This document shows, piece after piece, positions 49,982 to 60,260 of a stretch of DNA of 64,000 nucleotides. Within the stretch, counting starts at the first letter, position 1, and every line of letters begins with the position of its first letter. The stretch lies in NCBI GenBank assembly GCA_050331735.1, contig JBHJGN010000037.1:52858-116857 (forward strand). The letters run 5' to 3'. The DNA is from Cyanophyceae cyanobacterium. GTDB taxonomy: Bacteria > Cyanobacteriota > Cyanobacteriia > Cyanobacteriales > JBHJGN01. Both the position numbers and the translations under genes were made by a program. The notes beneath the pieces are model-generated. The model was not told the origin of the DNA and ran no database searches. It was given only the letters and a program-made list of their open reading frames with translations.

Positions 49982-51511
49982 TTACAGTCTTCGCCAGTGG
50001 CGACCATCGCGATTGATCAGAAATTCCGCTTCTGTCGGTTCCCAGGTTCCCGCTTCGTACTGCGGAATCGAGGCGGGATCGGCGGGGGCTTCCCAAGCTG
50101 TTAGGATTGGGGTGACGACTCGCCAAGCTTCTTCGACTTCATCTCCTCTTGTAAAGAGAGTTTGATCGCCGAGCATACAGTCTAGCAGCAGCCTATGGTA
50201 AGCGTCGGCGGTAGCCATGCCAAAGGAAGTCCCGTAGCTAAAGTCCATATCTACTGTCCGCGTCCGCAGTTCGGTTCCCGGCATTTTGGCTTCAAAGCGC
50301 AGGGAAATTCCTTCGTTGGGCTGAATTCGCATGGCGAGAACGTTTGGACTCGTTTGCTGAGACGCCGACTGAAAGATCAGTAAGGGCACGTCTCGAAACT
50401 GAATGGCAATTTCCGTCACCTTCTTCGGCAGGCGCTTGCCTGTGCGCAGGTAGAATGGCACTCCCTGCCAGCGCCAGTTATCGATCATCAGCTTGAGTGC
50501 TACATAGGTGGGAGTGGTCGAATGGGGATTAACCCCCGATTCCTCCCGATAGCCCGGCACTGGCTTGCCTTTCATCCAGCCGGAGGCATACTGACCGCGA
50601 ATGGCTGCTCGCTCTAGATTCTCAGTATCGGCGAGATGAGTTGCTTGCAATACCTTCACTTTTTCGGTGCGGATGCTGTCGGCATTAAGGGCGTTCGGCG
50701 GCTCCATCGCGGTCAGACACAGCAGCTGAAGCAGATGGTTTTGCACCATATCCCTTAAGGCACCGGACGTGTCGTAGTAGCCAGCGCGGTCTTCGACCCC
50801 AACTGTCTCTCCGACGGTAATCTGCACGTGATCGACAAACTGCCGATTCCACAGCGGTTCAAAAATGGCGTTGGCAAAGCGGAACACCATCAGATTCTGA
50901 ACGGTTTCCTTTCCCAGGTAGTGGTCAATCCGGTAAACCTGTTCTTCTTTGCAGACTTGCTGCACCACTCGGTTGAGAGACTGAGCCGAGCCTAAATCTT
51001 TCCCAAAGGGTTTTTCAATGACCACGCGGTTTTTGTAGGAATCGGTCAGCATTCCTGCTGCACCCAACTGCTTTAACCCTGGCTTGAAAAATTTAGGAGA
51101 GACAGCCAGGTAAAAAACCCGATTTCCCATCGTCCCTCGCCTGCCGTCTAGCTCCTCTAAAAAAGCTTTCAGCTTTTGGTAGCTTTCTTCGCTATCCATA
51201 TTTCCGGAGCAGTAGTATAGCCCCTCGGCAAAATCTGTCCAGATGTCTTCTGACCGGATTCCGGTCGAGAATTCCTCGATCCCCTGGCGCATCTGCTCTC
51301 TAAAGTAATCGTGGCTCCAGTCTCGACGGGCGACCCCGACGATAGTCAGTTCCGCCGGGAGACGGCGCTCCTGCTTGAGTTGATAAAGAGCCGGAACGAG
51401 TTTGCGCTGAGTTAAGTCACCAGACGCACCAAAGATCACCAAGATTAGTGGTTCTGGGGTTCTTTCCTGGCGAAGACCAACGCGAAGGGGGTTTTCCTGT
51501 AGGCTAAGCAT
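49982..51511 (-). CDS. zwf: Glucose-6-phosphate dehydrogenase
   Basis: [37 protein letters not shown]. Confidence 0.98.
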   Translation of the reverse strand: MLSLQENPLRVGLRQERTPEPLILVIFGASGDLTQRKLVPALYQLKQERRLPAELTIVGVARRDWSHDYFREQMRQGIEEFSTGIRSEDIWTDFAEGLYYCSGNMDSEESYQKLKAFLEELDGRRGTMGNRVFYLAVSPKFFKPGLKQLGAAGMLTDSYKNRVVIEKPFGKDLGSAQSLNRVVQQVCKEEQVYRIDHYLGKETVQNLMVFRFANAIFEPLWNRQFVDHVQITVGETVGVEDRAGYYDTSGALRDMVQNHLLQLLCLTAMEPPNALNADSIRTEKVKVLQATHLADTENLERAAIRGQYASGWMKGKPVPGYREESGVNPHSTTPTYVALKLMIDNWRWQGVPFYLRTGKRLPKKVTEIAIQFRDVPLLIFQSASQQTSPNVLAMRIQPNEGISLRFEAKMPGTELRTRTVDMDFSYGTSFGMATADAYHRLLLDCMLGDQTLFTRGDEVEEAWRVVTPILTAWEAPADPASIPQYEAGTWEPTEAEFLINRDGRHWRRL

Positions 51512-51602
51512 AGCGATGAGATGCAGGGACGATGGAGTTAACAGAGGCAGGTTGCTTGGGGTGTACGAGTACTAGCAGCCTGCCCAGTGCTGAATGCTGA
51601 CT

Positions 51603-52754
51603 CTATACCGGAGCCAACTGCTTCACTTTTTCTTCTAGAGAGGACATGAGAGACTCAAAAGGCTTCACAAATTTGTCGATGCCTTCGTCGAGGAGTTCGC
51701 TCATTACCTGGTCGATGTCGATATTTACGTCGGGATCTTTGAGAGACTCCATGAGTTTGTAAGCCTGATCGACATCGGTTTCAATCCGGGAGGCGGGGCT
51801 ACAGTGGTCGGCGCAGGCTTCAATGGTGTTGGGAGGCAAGGTGTTGACGGTATTAGAACCCACTAGCTCGTCAACGTACATAACATCGCTGTAGTCGGGG
51901 TTTTTGGTACTGGTGCTGGCCCAGAGCAAACGCTGGACTTTTGCGCCTTTTGCCTCCAGTGCTTCCCATCGCTCGCCACTAAAAATCTTTTTGAACTCTT
52001 GGTAGGCAATTTTAGCGTTAGCGATCGCCACTTTCCCTTTGATGTCTTTAAGCTTACTCTCTTTTTCGAGCTGGTCAGCTCCCTTGAGCATTTCGTCAAG
52101 CTGGCCGTCGACCTTCACGTCGATCCGGCTTAAGAAAAAGCTAGCGACCGAGGCAATGTTACTGATATCTTCTCCTTGCTCGGCTCGCTTTTCTAAGCCC
52201 TTAATATAAGCCCAAGCCGTTTCGATGTAGCTGTCTACTGAAAACAGCAGAGTAATGTTAACGTTGATGCCTTCGCTAATGGCTTGTTCAACGGCAGGTA
52301 ACCCTTCATTCGTTCCCGGAATCTTGATCATCACGTTGGGACGATCGATTTCTTGAAAATAGCGACGGGCTTCCTCGATGGTTTTTTGGGTATTGCTCGC
52401 TATGTTGGGCGGAACTTCGATGCTTACGTAGCCGTCTAGACCGTTAGTTTCGTCGTAGACGGGCTTGAGAATATCGCAGGCGTTGCGGATATCTGTGAAA
52501 ACGAGAGATTCATAGATTTCCTCGATAGAGTGTCCGGCCTTGATGCCAGCTTCAATATCGGCATCGTAAATTTTGTTGCCGGCGATCGCTTTTTCAAAGA
52601 TAGTGGGGTTGGACGTAATCCCGTGAACGCCGCGACTCGAAATTAACTGTTTTAATTCGCCGGACTCGATAATGTCGCGACTGAGATTATCCATCCAGAT
52701 ACTTTGACCATACTGTTGTTCAATCTCGAGAATGGGATTATTTGTCGTTGCCAT
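51603..52754 (-). CDS. tal: Transaldolase
   Basis: QSIWMD, GITSNPTIF, VMIKIP, NITLLFS, RLLWASTS. Confidence 0.96.
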   Translation of the reverse strand: MATTNNPILEIEQQYGQSIWMDNLSRDIIESGELKQLISSRGVHGITSNPTIFEKAIAGNKIYDADIEAGIKAGHSIEEIYESLVFTDIRNACDILKPVYDETNGLDGYVSIEVPPNIASNTQKTIEEARRYFQEIDRPNVMIKIPGTNEGLPAVEQAISEGINVNITLLFSVDSYIETAWAYIKGLEKRAEQGEDISNIASVASFFLSRIDVKVDGQLDEMLKGADQLEKESKLKDIKGKVAIANAKIAYQEFKKIFSGERWEALEAKGAKVQRLLWASTSTKNPDYSDVMYVDELVGSNTVNTLPPNTIEACADHCSPASRIETDVDQAYKLMESLKDPDVNIDIDQVMSELLDEGIDKFVKPFESLMSSLEEKVKQLAPV

Positions 52755-52905
52755 AGTTTTTCTCCTATAATACAGTTCAATTTGACACACTTTGCTGTTT
52801 CAGTCTGTATGCGGTCTGACAAGATGAACACAATTTAGTCAGCTCCCCGTTAGACTGCTTCAGGATTGGGTCTTGTCTTCAATGCTAGCGGATGCACCGC
52901 CCATT

Positions 52906-53976
52906 CTAGCGCTCAGCAGGAGAGATCGCCGCCTCTGTATCTCGTCTAGAACGGTCTTGAATAAAAGACTCTACCAGCTTGACATCTTCTTTACTTCCAA
53001 TAACTAGCGGAGTGCGAGCGTGAAGGCGGTCGGGGACTACATCTAGAATGTCTTGAGTGCCCGTGCTCGCTCTGCCTCCGGCTTGCTCAATGAGGTACGC
53101 CAACGGGGCAGATTCGTAGAGCAGCCGCAGCTTTCCCTCTGGCTTTTTAACCGTACCAGGATAGAGAAAAACTCCCCCCTGCAGGAGAATGCGATGAAAA
53201 TCCCCCACTAAAGCACCGCTATAGCGAGCAGTGTAGCCTTCGTGACGGTGAACGTAGCGAGTATAATCCCGAATGGCTTCCTTCCACTGCCAAAAGTTGC
53301 CCTCGTTAGTACTATAGACCGGTCCGTGGTCTGGAATCCGGATGTTCTCCTGAGACAGAATAAATTCTCCTAGACTGGGATCGAGAATAAAGGAGTGGAC
53401 TCCGTTGCCCAGAGAATAAACCAGTATCGTACTGGGACCGTAAAGAACATATCCGGCGGCAATCTGCTGGCGACCATTTTGCAAGAGGTCGTTAGCTTCG
53501 CCACTTTGATCGTTGCCTTCCTGCTGACGAATGGCAAAAATTGAGCCAACGTTCAAGTTAATATCTACATTAGAAGAACCATCGATGGGATCGTATAGAA
53601 GAGTGTAGCGACCGATTGGACAGTTTTCCGGGATATAGTAAGGTTTATCCATTTCCTCCGAGGCAAGGCGGCAAACCAAACCGCTTTGCTTAAAAACGGA
53701 GATAAATACTTCATTGGCATAAACGTCCATCTTTTTGACGGACTCGCCTTGAACGTTAACTTCTCCTGTAAATCCGAGCGCTCCCGCCATCAAACCAGCG
53801 CGGCTTAAACGGCGAGATACGAGTTTCGCTGCTAGGGCAATGCGGTTCATAATTGCGCTCAGATCCTGCGCCTGATCGGAAAAGCTCTGAAGCTGCTGGA
53901 GTACGTGACGGGATAAGGTGGTACAGTCCCGATCGAGGCTATGTTCGGTGGCAACAGGCTGCTCAGTATTTACCAT
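52906..53976 (-). CDS. fbp: Fructose-1,6-bisphosphatase class 1
   Basis: [36 protein letters not shown]. Confidence 0.96.
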   Translation of the reverse strand: MVNTEQPVATEHSLDRDCTTLSRHVLQQLQSFSDQAQDLSAIMNRIALAAKLVSRRLSRAGLMAGALGFTGEVNVQGESVKKMDVYANEVFISVFKQSGLVCRLASEEMDKPYYIPENCPIGRYTLLYDPIDGSSNVDINLNVGSIFAIRQQEGNDQSGEANDLLQNGRQQIAAGYVLYGPSTILVYSLGNGVHSFILDPSLGEFILSQENIRIPDHGPVYSTNEGNFWQWKEAIRDYTRYVHRHEGYTARYSGALVGDFHRILLQGGVFLYPGTVKKPEGKLRLLYESAPLAYLIEQAGGRASTGTQDILDVVPDRLHARTPLVIGSKEDVKLVESFIQDRSRRDTEAAISPAER

Positions 53977-54129
53977 AATTGTGTCCTCGTTGACCTTCTG
54001 TGTTTTTCCCACACTCTTTTAGGAAGAGATGAGCTTCGTCTGCTCAAATTAGAAGCCAATCCTTTGCTGAGAAGACCTCATTAAAAGACTTTCTCTGTTA
54101 GGTGCTTATCGTCTACCTCGGGTGGGCCT

Positions 54130-54342
54130 CTACTCAATAGAAATAGACTGAGGACGGCTGCTGTGACCGTTTGGATGAGGTTGAGTAGCTGTGTAAGGAC
54201 TCACGCCCTGTCGTTCCAGCCAACTCTTCAGCGGATCTTCGTTAAGATTTAGCCGTAACACCCCCGAGAAAAAGCCGCCTAAAAAAGCCGCTGGCTGTTT
54301 GGTTAACTCTTGAATAACTGGAGATAACTCTTCAAGGAACAT
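54130..54342 (-). CDS. Conserved cyanobacterial hypothetical protein
   Basis: MFLEEL...P.AFLGGF.SG.LRL.L.EDPL.SWL...PQSISIE. Confidence 0.75.
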   Translation of the reverse strand: MFLEELSPVIQELTKQPAAFLGGFFSGVLRLNLNEDPLKSWLERQGVSPYTATQPHPNGHSSRPQSISIE

Positions 54343-54535
54343 AGATTCTGAATTTCCGCTCTGTTATTACTGTCAGTTTACCTAAGATACTAGCGTGAAG
54401 ACTCTTAAGATAGAATCAGCCGCTACTAATCGCAATTTTGACAGCGCTCAGGGATAGACTGATATAAAGAGAGCGGTCAGCACTGTGCTACCGCTCCTGA
54501 GATTTTTCCGAGTTTAGAAGCCCGTTTGCGCTTGA

Positions 54536-55135
54536 TTAACGGGGGTGATTGTTGTGGTTATGATCGCTGTGGTGCGGTTGAATCACACCGTAACCGCCGT
54601 GGTTGCGCACGTAGATCACGTTGATTTCGTTCGTTTCGCTGTTGCGAAACATATAGAAGTCGTGATCGACAAGCTGAAGCTGCTCTTTGGCTGCGGCAAT
54701 GGTCATCGGCGGCATCGAGAAGTATTTCATTCTCACAACTTCGGTCGGCAGTTCAGGGGCGCGATCACCGACGAGGTTCGTTTCCACTGAATCGTGGGGT
54801 AAAACTTCTCCCACCTTGACGTGAGCGTGAGTTTTTTGAGTATGCTTCTCTTTGTACTTCCGCAGTTGACGAGCAATTTTATCAGCCACTAAATCGATGC
54901 TGGCATAGAGGCTCTCACTGCCTTCTTGCGCCCGAATCACCGTTCCGTTAGCGTAGACCGTTACCTCTGCTTTGTGGCGGTCCTGCTGACGCGTATGATG
55001 AGCAACGGATAAATGCACGTCTACCTTGCTGGTCATGTTTTGAAAGTGCTTGACGGCCTTTTCCAGTTTTTGATGCACGTAGTCGTCGATTGCATCGGTG
55101 ATGGCAATGTTATTGCCCTGGATCAAAAGCTTCAT
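54536..55135 (-). CDS. hpf: Ribosome hibernation factor LrtA (long HPF)
   Basis: [55 protein letters not shown]. Confidence 0.95.
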   Translation of the reverse strand: MKLLIQGNNIAITDAIDDYVHQKLEKAVKHFQNMTSKVDVHLSVAHHTRQQDRHKAEVTVYANGTVIRAQEGSESLYASIDLVADKIARQLRKYKEKHTQKTHAHVKVGEVLPHDSVETNLVGDRAPELPTEVVRMKYFSMPPMTIAAAKEQLQLVDHDFYMFRNSETNEINVIYVRNHGGYGVIQPHHSDHNHNNHPR

Positions 55136-55601
55136 ACTCAATACTCCGTTCTACAAAAAATGATGAATGGCAGAGGAGATGAATGGGCTAAGCTAGAGTC
55201 GAAGTAACGTTAAGGCTCTGTTCCTCTCCTCTCACCTTGTTTTCAACAGTAAAATTGATAGTTGTCTGGGAAGAATTAGCCCTGATGATAACTACTTTTA
55301 CCTCTTGACTTTTGAAAAAAGCAGACGAAATTACCCCTTCAATTTATAGGTAGCTACAGCAACTAATAGCACTAAACTGGTTGCTTTCATTGACTTAACC
55401 AAAGGCAGTGAAGCTTGAGAAAACAGCTCTATTTTTTGTCGCTTTTAGGCATTTGGGTTTACGAATGCCTAAATAAAAAGCTATAGGAAGCGGGTAAATC
55501 GAGCGCTTGAAAAGAGACCTCCTCGCAACTTTTTCTGTTGTCTTTAGATTAGCACTCTGTAATCTTAAAGACATTGTCTTTCAACTTCTTTTTATCTTCC
55601 T

Positions 55602-56345
55602 TTGCATCCCTTGACATTTCTTGACACAAAATTTCATTCGTCTCGCCAGTGCCTCCTAGACAGCCGCGGAATCGTTTCCTATACGGCGGCCTGGGAGGAG
55701 CAGCGATCGCTAGTGGCGCAAAAGCTGGCCGACCCCAGCATTCTAGATCGCCTCATCTTACTAGAACATCCCCCCGTCTATACTTTAGGAACAGGGGCTA
55801 GCCAGGAATTTTTAAAATTCGAGCCAACACAAACAAACTGGGAAGTGCATCGCATTGAACGAGGGGGGGAAGTGACCTACCATTGCCCTGGTCAGCTTGT
55901 CGGCTATCCAATTTTGGATCTGCACCACTATCGACAAGATTTACACTGGTATCTGCGTCAGCTTGAAGAAGTGATCATTACTGCATTGAAACAGTACGGA
56001 CTGACAGGAACGCGCCTAGCGGGCTTAACCGGAGTTTGGATAGAGGGACGTAAAGTAGCTGCCATTGGCGTTAAAGTCCGTCGCTGGGTGACGATGCATG
56101 GTTTTGCGGTTAATGTTTGCCCAGACTTAAGCGGATTTAGCTATATTGTTCCCTGCGGTATTGCCGACAAACCCGTCGGCAGCCTCGCTCAGATGATTCC
56201 TGAAATTAGTGTAGAGCAGTTTCGTCAAGATATTGCCAGCGCTTTTGCAGAGGTTTTCCAAGTTGAACTGCTCTCAAAATTAACTCAAGGCGTCACGTCA
56301 TCGAGGCGGCCACCCAAAATAAACCATCAACAAACAGAGTACTGA
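55602..56345 (+). CDS. lipB: Lipoyl(octanoyl) transferase
   Basis: [37 protein letters not shown]. Confidence 0.95.
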   Translation: MHPLTFLDTKFHSSRQCLLDSRGIVSYTAAWEEQRSLVAQKLADPSILDRLILLEHPPVYTLGTGASQEFLKFEPTQTNWEVHRIERGGEVTYHCPGQLVGYPILDLHHYRQDLHWYLRQLEEVIITALKQYGLTGTRLAGLTGVWIEGRKVAAIGVKVRRWVTMHGFAVNVCPDLSGFSYIVPCGIADKPVGSLAQMIPEISVEQFRQDIASAFAEVFQVELLSKLTQGVTSSRRPPKINHQQTEY

Positions 56346-56994
56346 GGATAGCACCGCCAAAAGCCCACCAGTGCAGCGGCTGCTTTTGCAGGGACCAGAT
56401 TCCAAGACCGAGAAGCAACAACACTAAAACAGCGGCCCAACTGATTCCCCAAGGCGTTTGCATTTGAGCGATCGCATTTTGAAAAATCGGCGTGTACAGT
56501 TCAGGGTCTGAAGCCATTAGCTGGCGCCAGTAGGGAATGAGATCGACAAGGTAAAAATAGAGGTCTGTGATGGCGGTGCCGATGAGAGAACCAAGGTAAA
56601 ATAGGTTGCCAATTCGCCCCCAGCCACGCCACAAACACCACAGCGCAAAGGGAAGACCAATCGCTTCTACCGGTAGATGAATCAGTGGTTCCCAGCGCAG
56701 CCACCCCCAGTAGATTGAACCAGCCAGCCAACTCCAGCTAAAGCCTAACAGCAAATCTCCCCAGAGCCGAGATTGAGGATGTGACCATAAAATGAGCGCC
56801 AAATAGACCCAGCCCGCCGTCAGCAGGAGACTAAAGGTTGGCAAGGTCCGTACTAAAGGCGCTTGTATAAAGACCGGAACTGATACTAAGAAAGCAGCGG
56901 CTAAGAACATGAGCCAAGCCTGACGCGTCATCCGCTCGATGAGATGGAGAGGATTGGTGCTTGTGCGGGCTAAATAATCGGGAGTAGAAGTCAC
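56293..56994 (-). CDS. DUF3120 family membrane protein
   Basis: [39 protein letters not shown]. Confidence 0.8.
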   Translation of the reverse strand: MTSTPDYLARTSTNPLHLIERMTRQAWLMFLAAAFLVSVPVFIQAPLVRTLPTFSLLLTAGWVYLALILWSHPQSRLWGDLLLGFSWSWLAGSIYWGWLRWEPLIHLPVEAIGLPFALWCLWRGWGRIGNLFYLGSLIGTAITDLYFYLVDLIPYWRQLMASDPELYTPIFQNAIAQMQTPWGISWAAVLVLLLLGLGIWSLQKQPLHWWAFGGAILSTLFVDGLFWVAASMT

Positions 56995-57285
56995 AGGTAT
57001 TGAATCGTTAGGTGTCGGGTTAAAGAGAAATTTAAGTTTCTTTACTTATCTTTACACTAATTGTAGGGGATCCGTCAAAAAATATCCCCCCTGGGGGCAT
57101 TAGATCGGGCAGATTGCATCGTAACCCGATCTTCAACGATTGGTCAATCAGTTCCTGTGGAGTACTGAGGTTTCAGACTCGCTCTCATGACTCAGCGAGC
57201 ATCAGATTTCGCCTAGGCAATAGCAGAAAACCTTTGTATACTCAAAGCGGCAAGGTGCAAAACTTTATTTGGATAGGGTGCATTA

Positions 57286-58335
57286 ATGTCGAGCAGGACG
57301 CAGAAACGGAAAGACTGGGTGAGCAAAACGAAGAGGTGGCAGTATAGAGGATTATCCGTTGTCGGTGCGCTGAGCTTAGGCGCAATGCTAGTTGCTTTCT
57401 TAGGTCGTTTAAAAGTTGCGTCAGCTAGTGTTCGTGGAGTGACTGCCATTGATAGCTGGAGTGTGAGTCAAACGCCGCCGGCAGCAGCGATTGATCCAGG
57501 AACGCAGTTTAACTGGTTTCGAGCGATAGTCCTTGGGGCAGTGCAGGGATTAACGGAGTTTTTACCGATTAGCAGCACGGCCCACCTCAAAGCGGTTCCC
57601 GTTGCCCTGGGATGGGGCGATCCGGGAGTAACTTTTACGGCTGTCATTCAGTTGGGCAGTATTGTCGCCGTGATTTGGTACTTCTGGGAAGATTTGGCCA
57701 ATGTAACAGGAGGGGCCGTGAGAGCAATTCGCAAGTCGGATTATCAGTCCCAAGAATTTCGTCTGGCGATGGGAATTATGTTGGGAACGTTTCCGATTGC
57801 GTTCTGTGGCCTGCTGATGAAAGCGCTTATCCCCGACTTAGACAACTCGCCGCTGCGGAGTATGACTACCATTGCCATTGTTTCTATTGTGATGGCGTTG
57901 CTGCTGGCGCTATCGGAATTTGTGGGCACCCATAAGCGGAATTTCGAGCAGTTAGGCTGGCTGGATGGTGTGTTAATGGGGTGTGCTCAAACTTTAGCTT
58001 TGATTCCTGGAGTATCGCGTTCTGGCTCTACTTTAACGGCTGGTTTGTTTATGGGTTTAGATCGGGCAACGGCGGCTCGCTTCTCTTTTTTGCTCGGGAT
58101 TCCAGCGATTACCCTAGCTGGAATAGTAGAATTAATTGGGGTGTTTGAGGAAGGCTGGTCGAGGGCCGAGACGGTGCCCTTAATCGTCGCGGTGATTTCT
58201 TCGGCGGTGTTTTCCTATTTGGCGATCGCCTGGTTAATTCGCTATCTCCAGCGCCATAAAACCTGGGTGTTCGTCTGGTATCGGCTCGGATTTGGGCTGC
58301 TGATCCTGGCGGCGATCGCTCTAGGAAGACTCTAA
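57286..58335 (+). CDS. uppP: Undecaprenyl-diphosphate phosphatase
   Basis: QGLTEFLPISSTAH, IQLG, PGVSRSG, AARFSFLL. Start uncertain. Confidence 0.95.
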   Translation: MSSRTQKRKDWVSKTKRWQYRGLSVVGALSLGAMLVAFLGRLKVASASVRGVTAIDSWSVSQTPPAAAIDPGTQFNWFRAIVLGAVQGLTEFLPISSTAHLKAVPVALGWGDPGVTFTAVIQLGSIVAVIWYFWEDLANVTGGAVRAIRKSDYQSQEFRLAMGIMLGTFPIAFCGLLMKALIPDLDNSPLRSMTTIAIVSIVMALLLALSEFVGTHKRNFEQLGWLDGVLMGCAQTLALIPGVSRSGSTLTAGLFMGLDRATAARFSFLLGIPAITLAGIVELIGVFEEGWSRAETVPLIVAVISSAVFSYLAIAWLIRYLQRHKTWVFVWYRLGFGLLILAAIALGRL

Positions 58336-58387
58336 AATAGATCTAAGAGCCAACAGCTAGCCCTGCGTCTTCCATTTCGCATTCCAC

Positions 58388-59722
58388 ATGAACGTTTTGC
58401 CTGCCCGCATTTCCAAAGTGCTTGCCGACTCTATTGCTGCCGAAGTTGGTTTTGAGCCGGGAGATGCGATCGTTTCTATCAACGGAACGCGTCCGAGAGA
58501 CTTGATTGACTACCAGTTTCTCTGCGCTGATGAAATCTTAGAGCTAGAAGTCCTAGATAGTGCAGGAGAGGTTCACTTCGTTGAACTAGAGAAAGACACC
58601 GATGATGATTTGGGGCTAGAGTTTGAAACGGCTCTGTTTGATGGCTTAATTCAGTGCAACAATCGCTGTCCTTTTTGCTTTATCGATCAGCAGCCGCCGG
58701 GGAAACGAGCGAGCCTTTATCTTAAGGATGATGATTACCGCCTCAGCTTTCTCTACGGCAGCTATTTAACCTTAACGAATCTGTCTCAGCGAGAATGGCG
58801 GCGTATCGAGCAGATGCGACTGTCTCCGCTTTACGTTTCTGTTCACGCCACCGAGCCAGAAGTCCGCACACGGCTATTGAAAAATCCCCGCGCCGGACAG
58901 ATTATGTCTCAACTGCACTGGTTTCAGGAAAGGCGCTTACAAATCCATGCTCAAGTTGTCGTCTGTCCGGGAATTAATGATGGAGTTCATCTAGAAAGAA
59001 CGCTACTAGACTTGGCCTCCTTTCAAACAAACGACATTCCGGCAGTGATTTCCGCTGCCGTGGTTCCGGTCGGGTTAACGCGCTTTCGCCCTCCAGACGA
59101 CGAGTTGTCTCCCGTCAGTCTCGAAAAAGCGTCTGAAGTGATTGCTCAAGTACAGGCGCTCCAAACAAAGTGTCAACAGCAGTTTGGCAGTAATTTTGCT
59201 TGGCTCGCTGATGAATGGTTTTTAATTGCCCAGCAAGAGCTCCCTCCAGAGTCTCACTATGAAGACTATCCCCAAATTGGCAATGGGGTCGGTTCGATTC
59301 GCCAGTTTATCAAGCACTTTCAAAAAATGGCTTTAGACCTGCTCCCCCCTCGCGTAGAACCGCGTCAAATGACCTGGGTTGTGGGAAATGCCGTAGAAAA
59401 AGCCTTCCAACCTTTAGTACAGCAGTTAAATGAGGTAGAAGGATTAGTCATTAATTTAGCTGCTTTACGCAGTCAGTATTGGGGACAGGAAATTACGGTC
59501 ACTGGCCTGTTGACTGGTCAAGATTTATTGTCTGGGTTGGCAAACCGAGATTTAGGAGATGCTATCCTGTTGCCTGCGGTGATGTTGAAGCACGACGATA
59601 CAAAATTTCTAGATGATTTAACAGTGGCACAGGTCAGCCAGCAGTTGAGAGTGCCAATGGTACCAGTTAAGAATGTAGAAAAGTTGCTAGCTGCCTGTAT
59701 AGAACCTCGCTGTTTTAGCTAA
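58388..59722 (+). CDS. PDZ plus radical SAM protein (TIGR03279-type)
   Basis: N-terminal PDZ-like segment; CNNRCPFC (CxxxCxxC); KDDDYRLSFL. Confidence 0.88.
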   Translation: MNVLPARISKVLADSIAAEVGFEPGDAIVSINGTRPRDLIDYQFLCADEILELEVLDSAGEVHFVELEKDTDDDLGLEFETALFDGLIQCNNRCPFCFIDQQPPGKRASLYLKDDDYRLSFLYGSYLTLTNLSQREWRRIEQMRLSPLYVSVHATEPEVRTRLLKNPRAGQIMSQLHWFQERRLQIHAQVVVCPGINDGVHLERTLLDLASFQTNDIPAVISAAVVPVGLTRFRPPDDELSPVSLEKASEVIAQVQALQTKCQQQFGSNFAWLADEWFLIAQQELPPESHYEDYPQIGNGVGSIRQFIKHFQKMALDLLPPRVEPRQMTWVVGNAVEKAFQPLVQQLNEVEGLVINLAALRSQYWGQEITVTGLLTGQDLLSGLANRDLGDAILLPAVMLKHDDTKFLDDLTVAQVSQQLRVPMVPVKNVEKLLAACIEPRCFS

Positions 59723-60260
59723 ATGGGAATTAGAGGTTTAATGTACTAAGCATTATCAAGGCTCTGTCGCAGACACGACTAAAGCTTCTAGCTCGCGCTT
59801 GCTTGTCGCCTAGAGATATCCCAGTGAGCAGAAGCGCTTGCGTGAGTAGGAATAGTTGGGATAGGGAAGCCTGAAGTTTTTTCAAAGAGGGCATTTTGCA
59901 GAGGTTCCGCTTTGACTCTACCTTTCAACCCGGGAATCATCGTTGGTATTATTGCGGGCTTTAGCAGCAACTCTGTAATCAGTAGCCTGAAAGTCAGTGT
60001 TTTTTCGGTACTCAAAACGTTACCCAAAAGTATTAGATAAGTAACGTAAAGACTAGATTTTGCAGGTGTTTTTCTGTATTTTCACATCAAACCTACAAAA
60101 TCCCTGTTGAATGTCTTTTTTTCAGTGAGTTTCTATCGAGGGATAAAAGTTCCGACCCCAGAGAAGTTAGCTGTCGGGGCTGTAGCCCTAATTAATTGTC
60201 CAAAGAGGACTCTATACGTCATGAACAAATTGTGTTTTCCAACTAAGAGGAAGAGTAACT

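Noticed and set aside
57041..57058. Second HLR1-like repeat upstream of DUF3120
   Set aside because: Two mismatches to consensus in AT-rich DNA; too weak to call.
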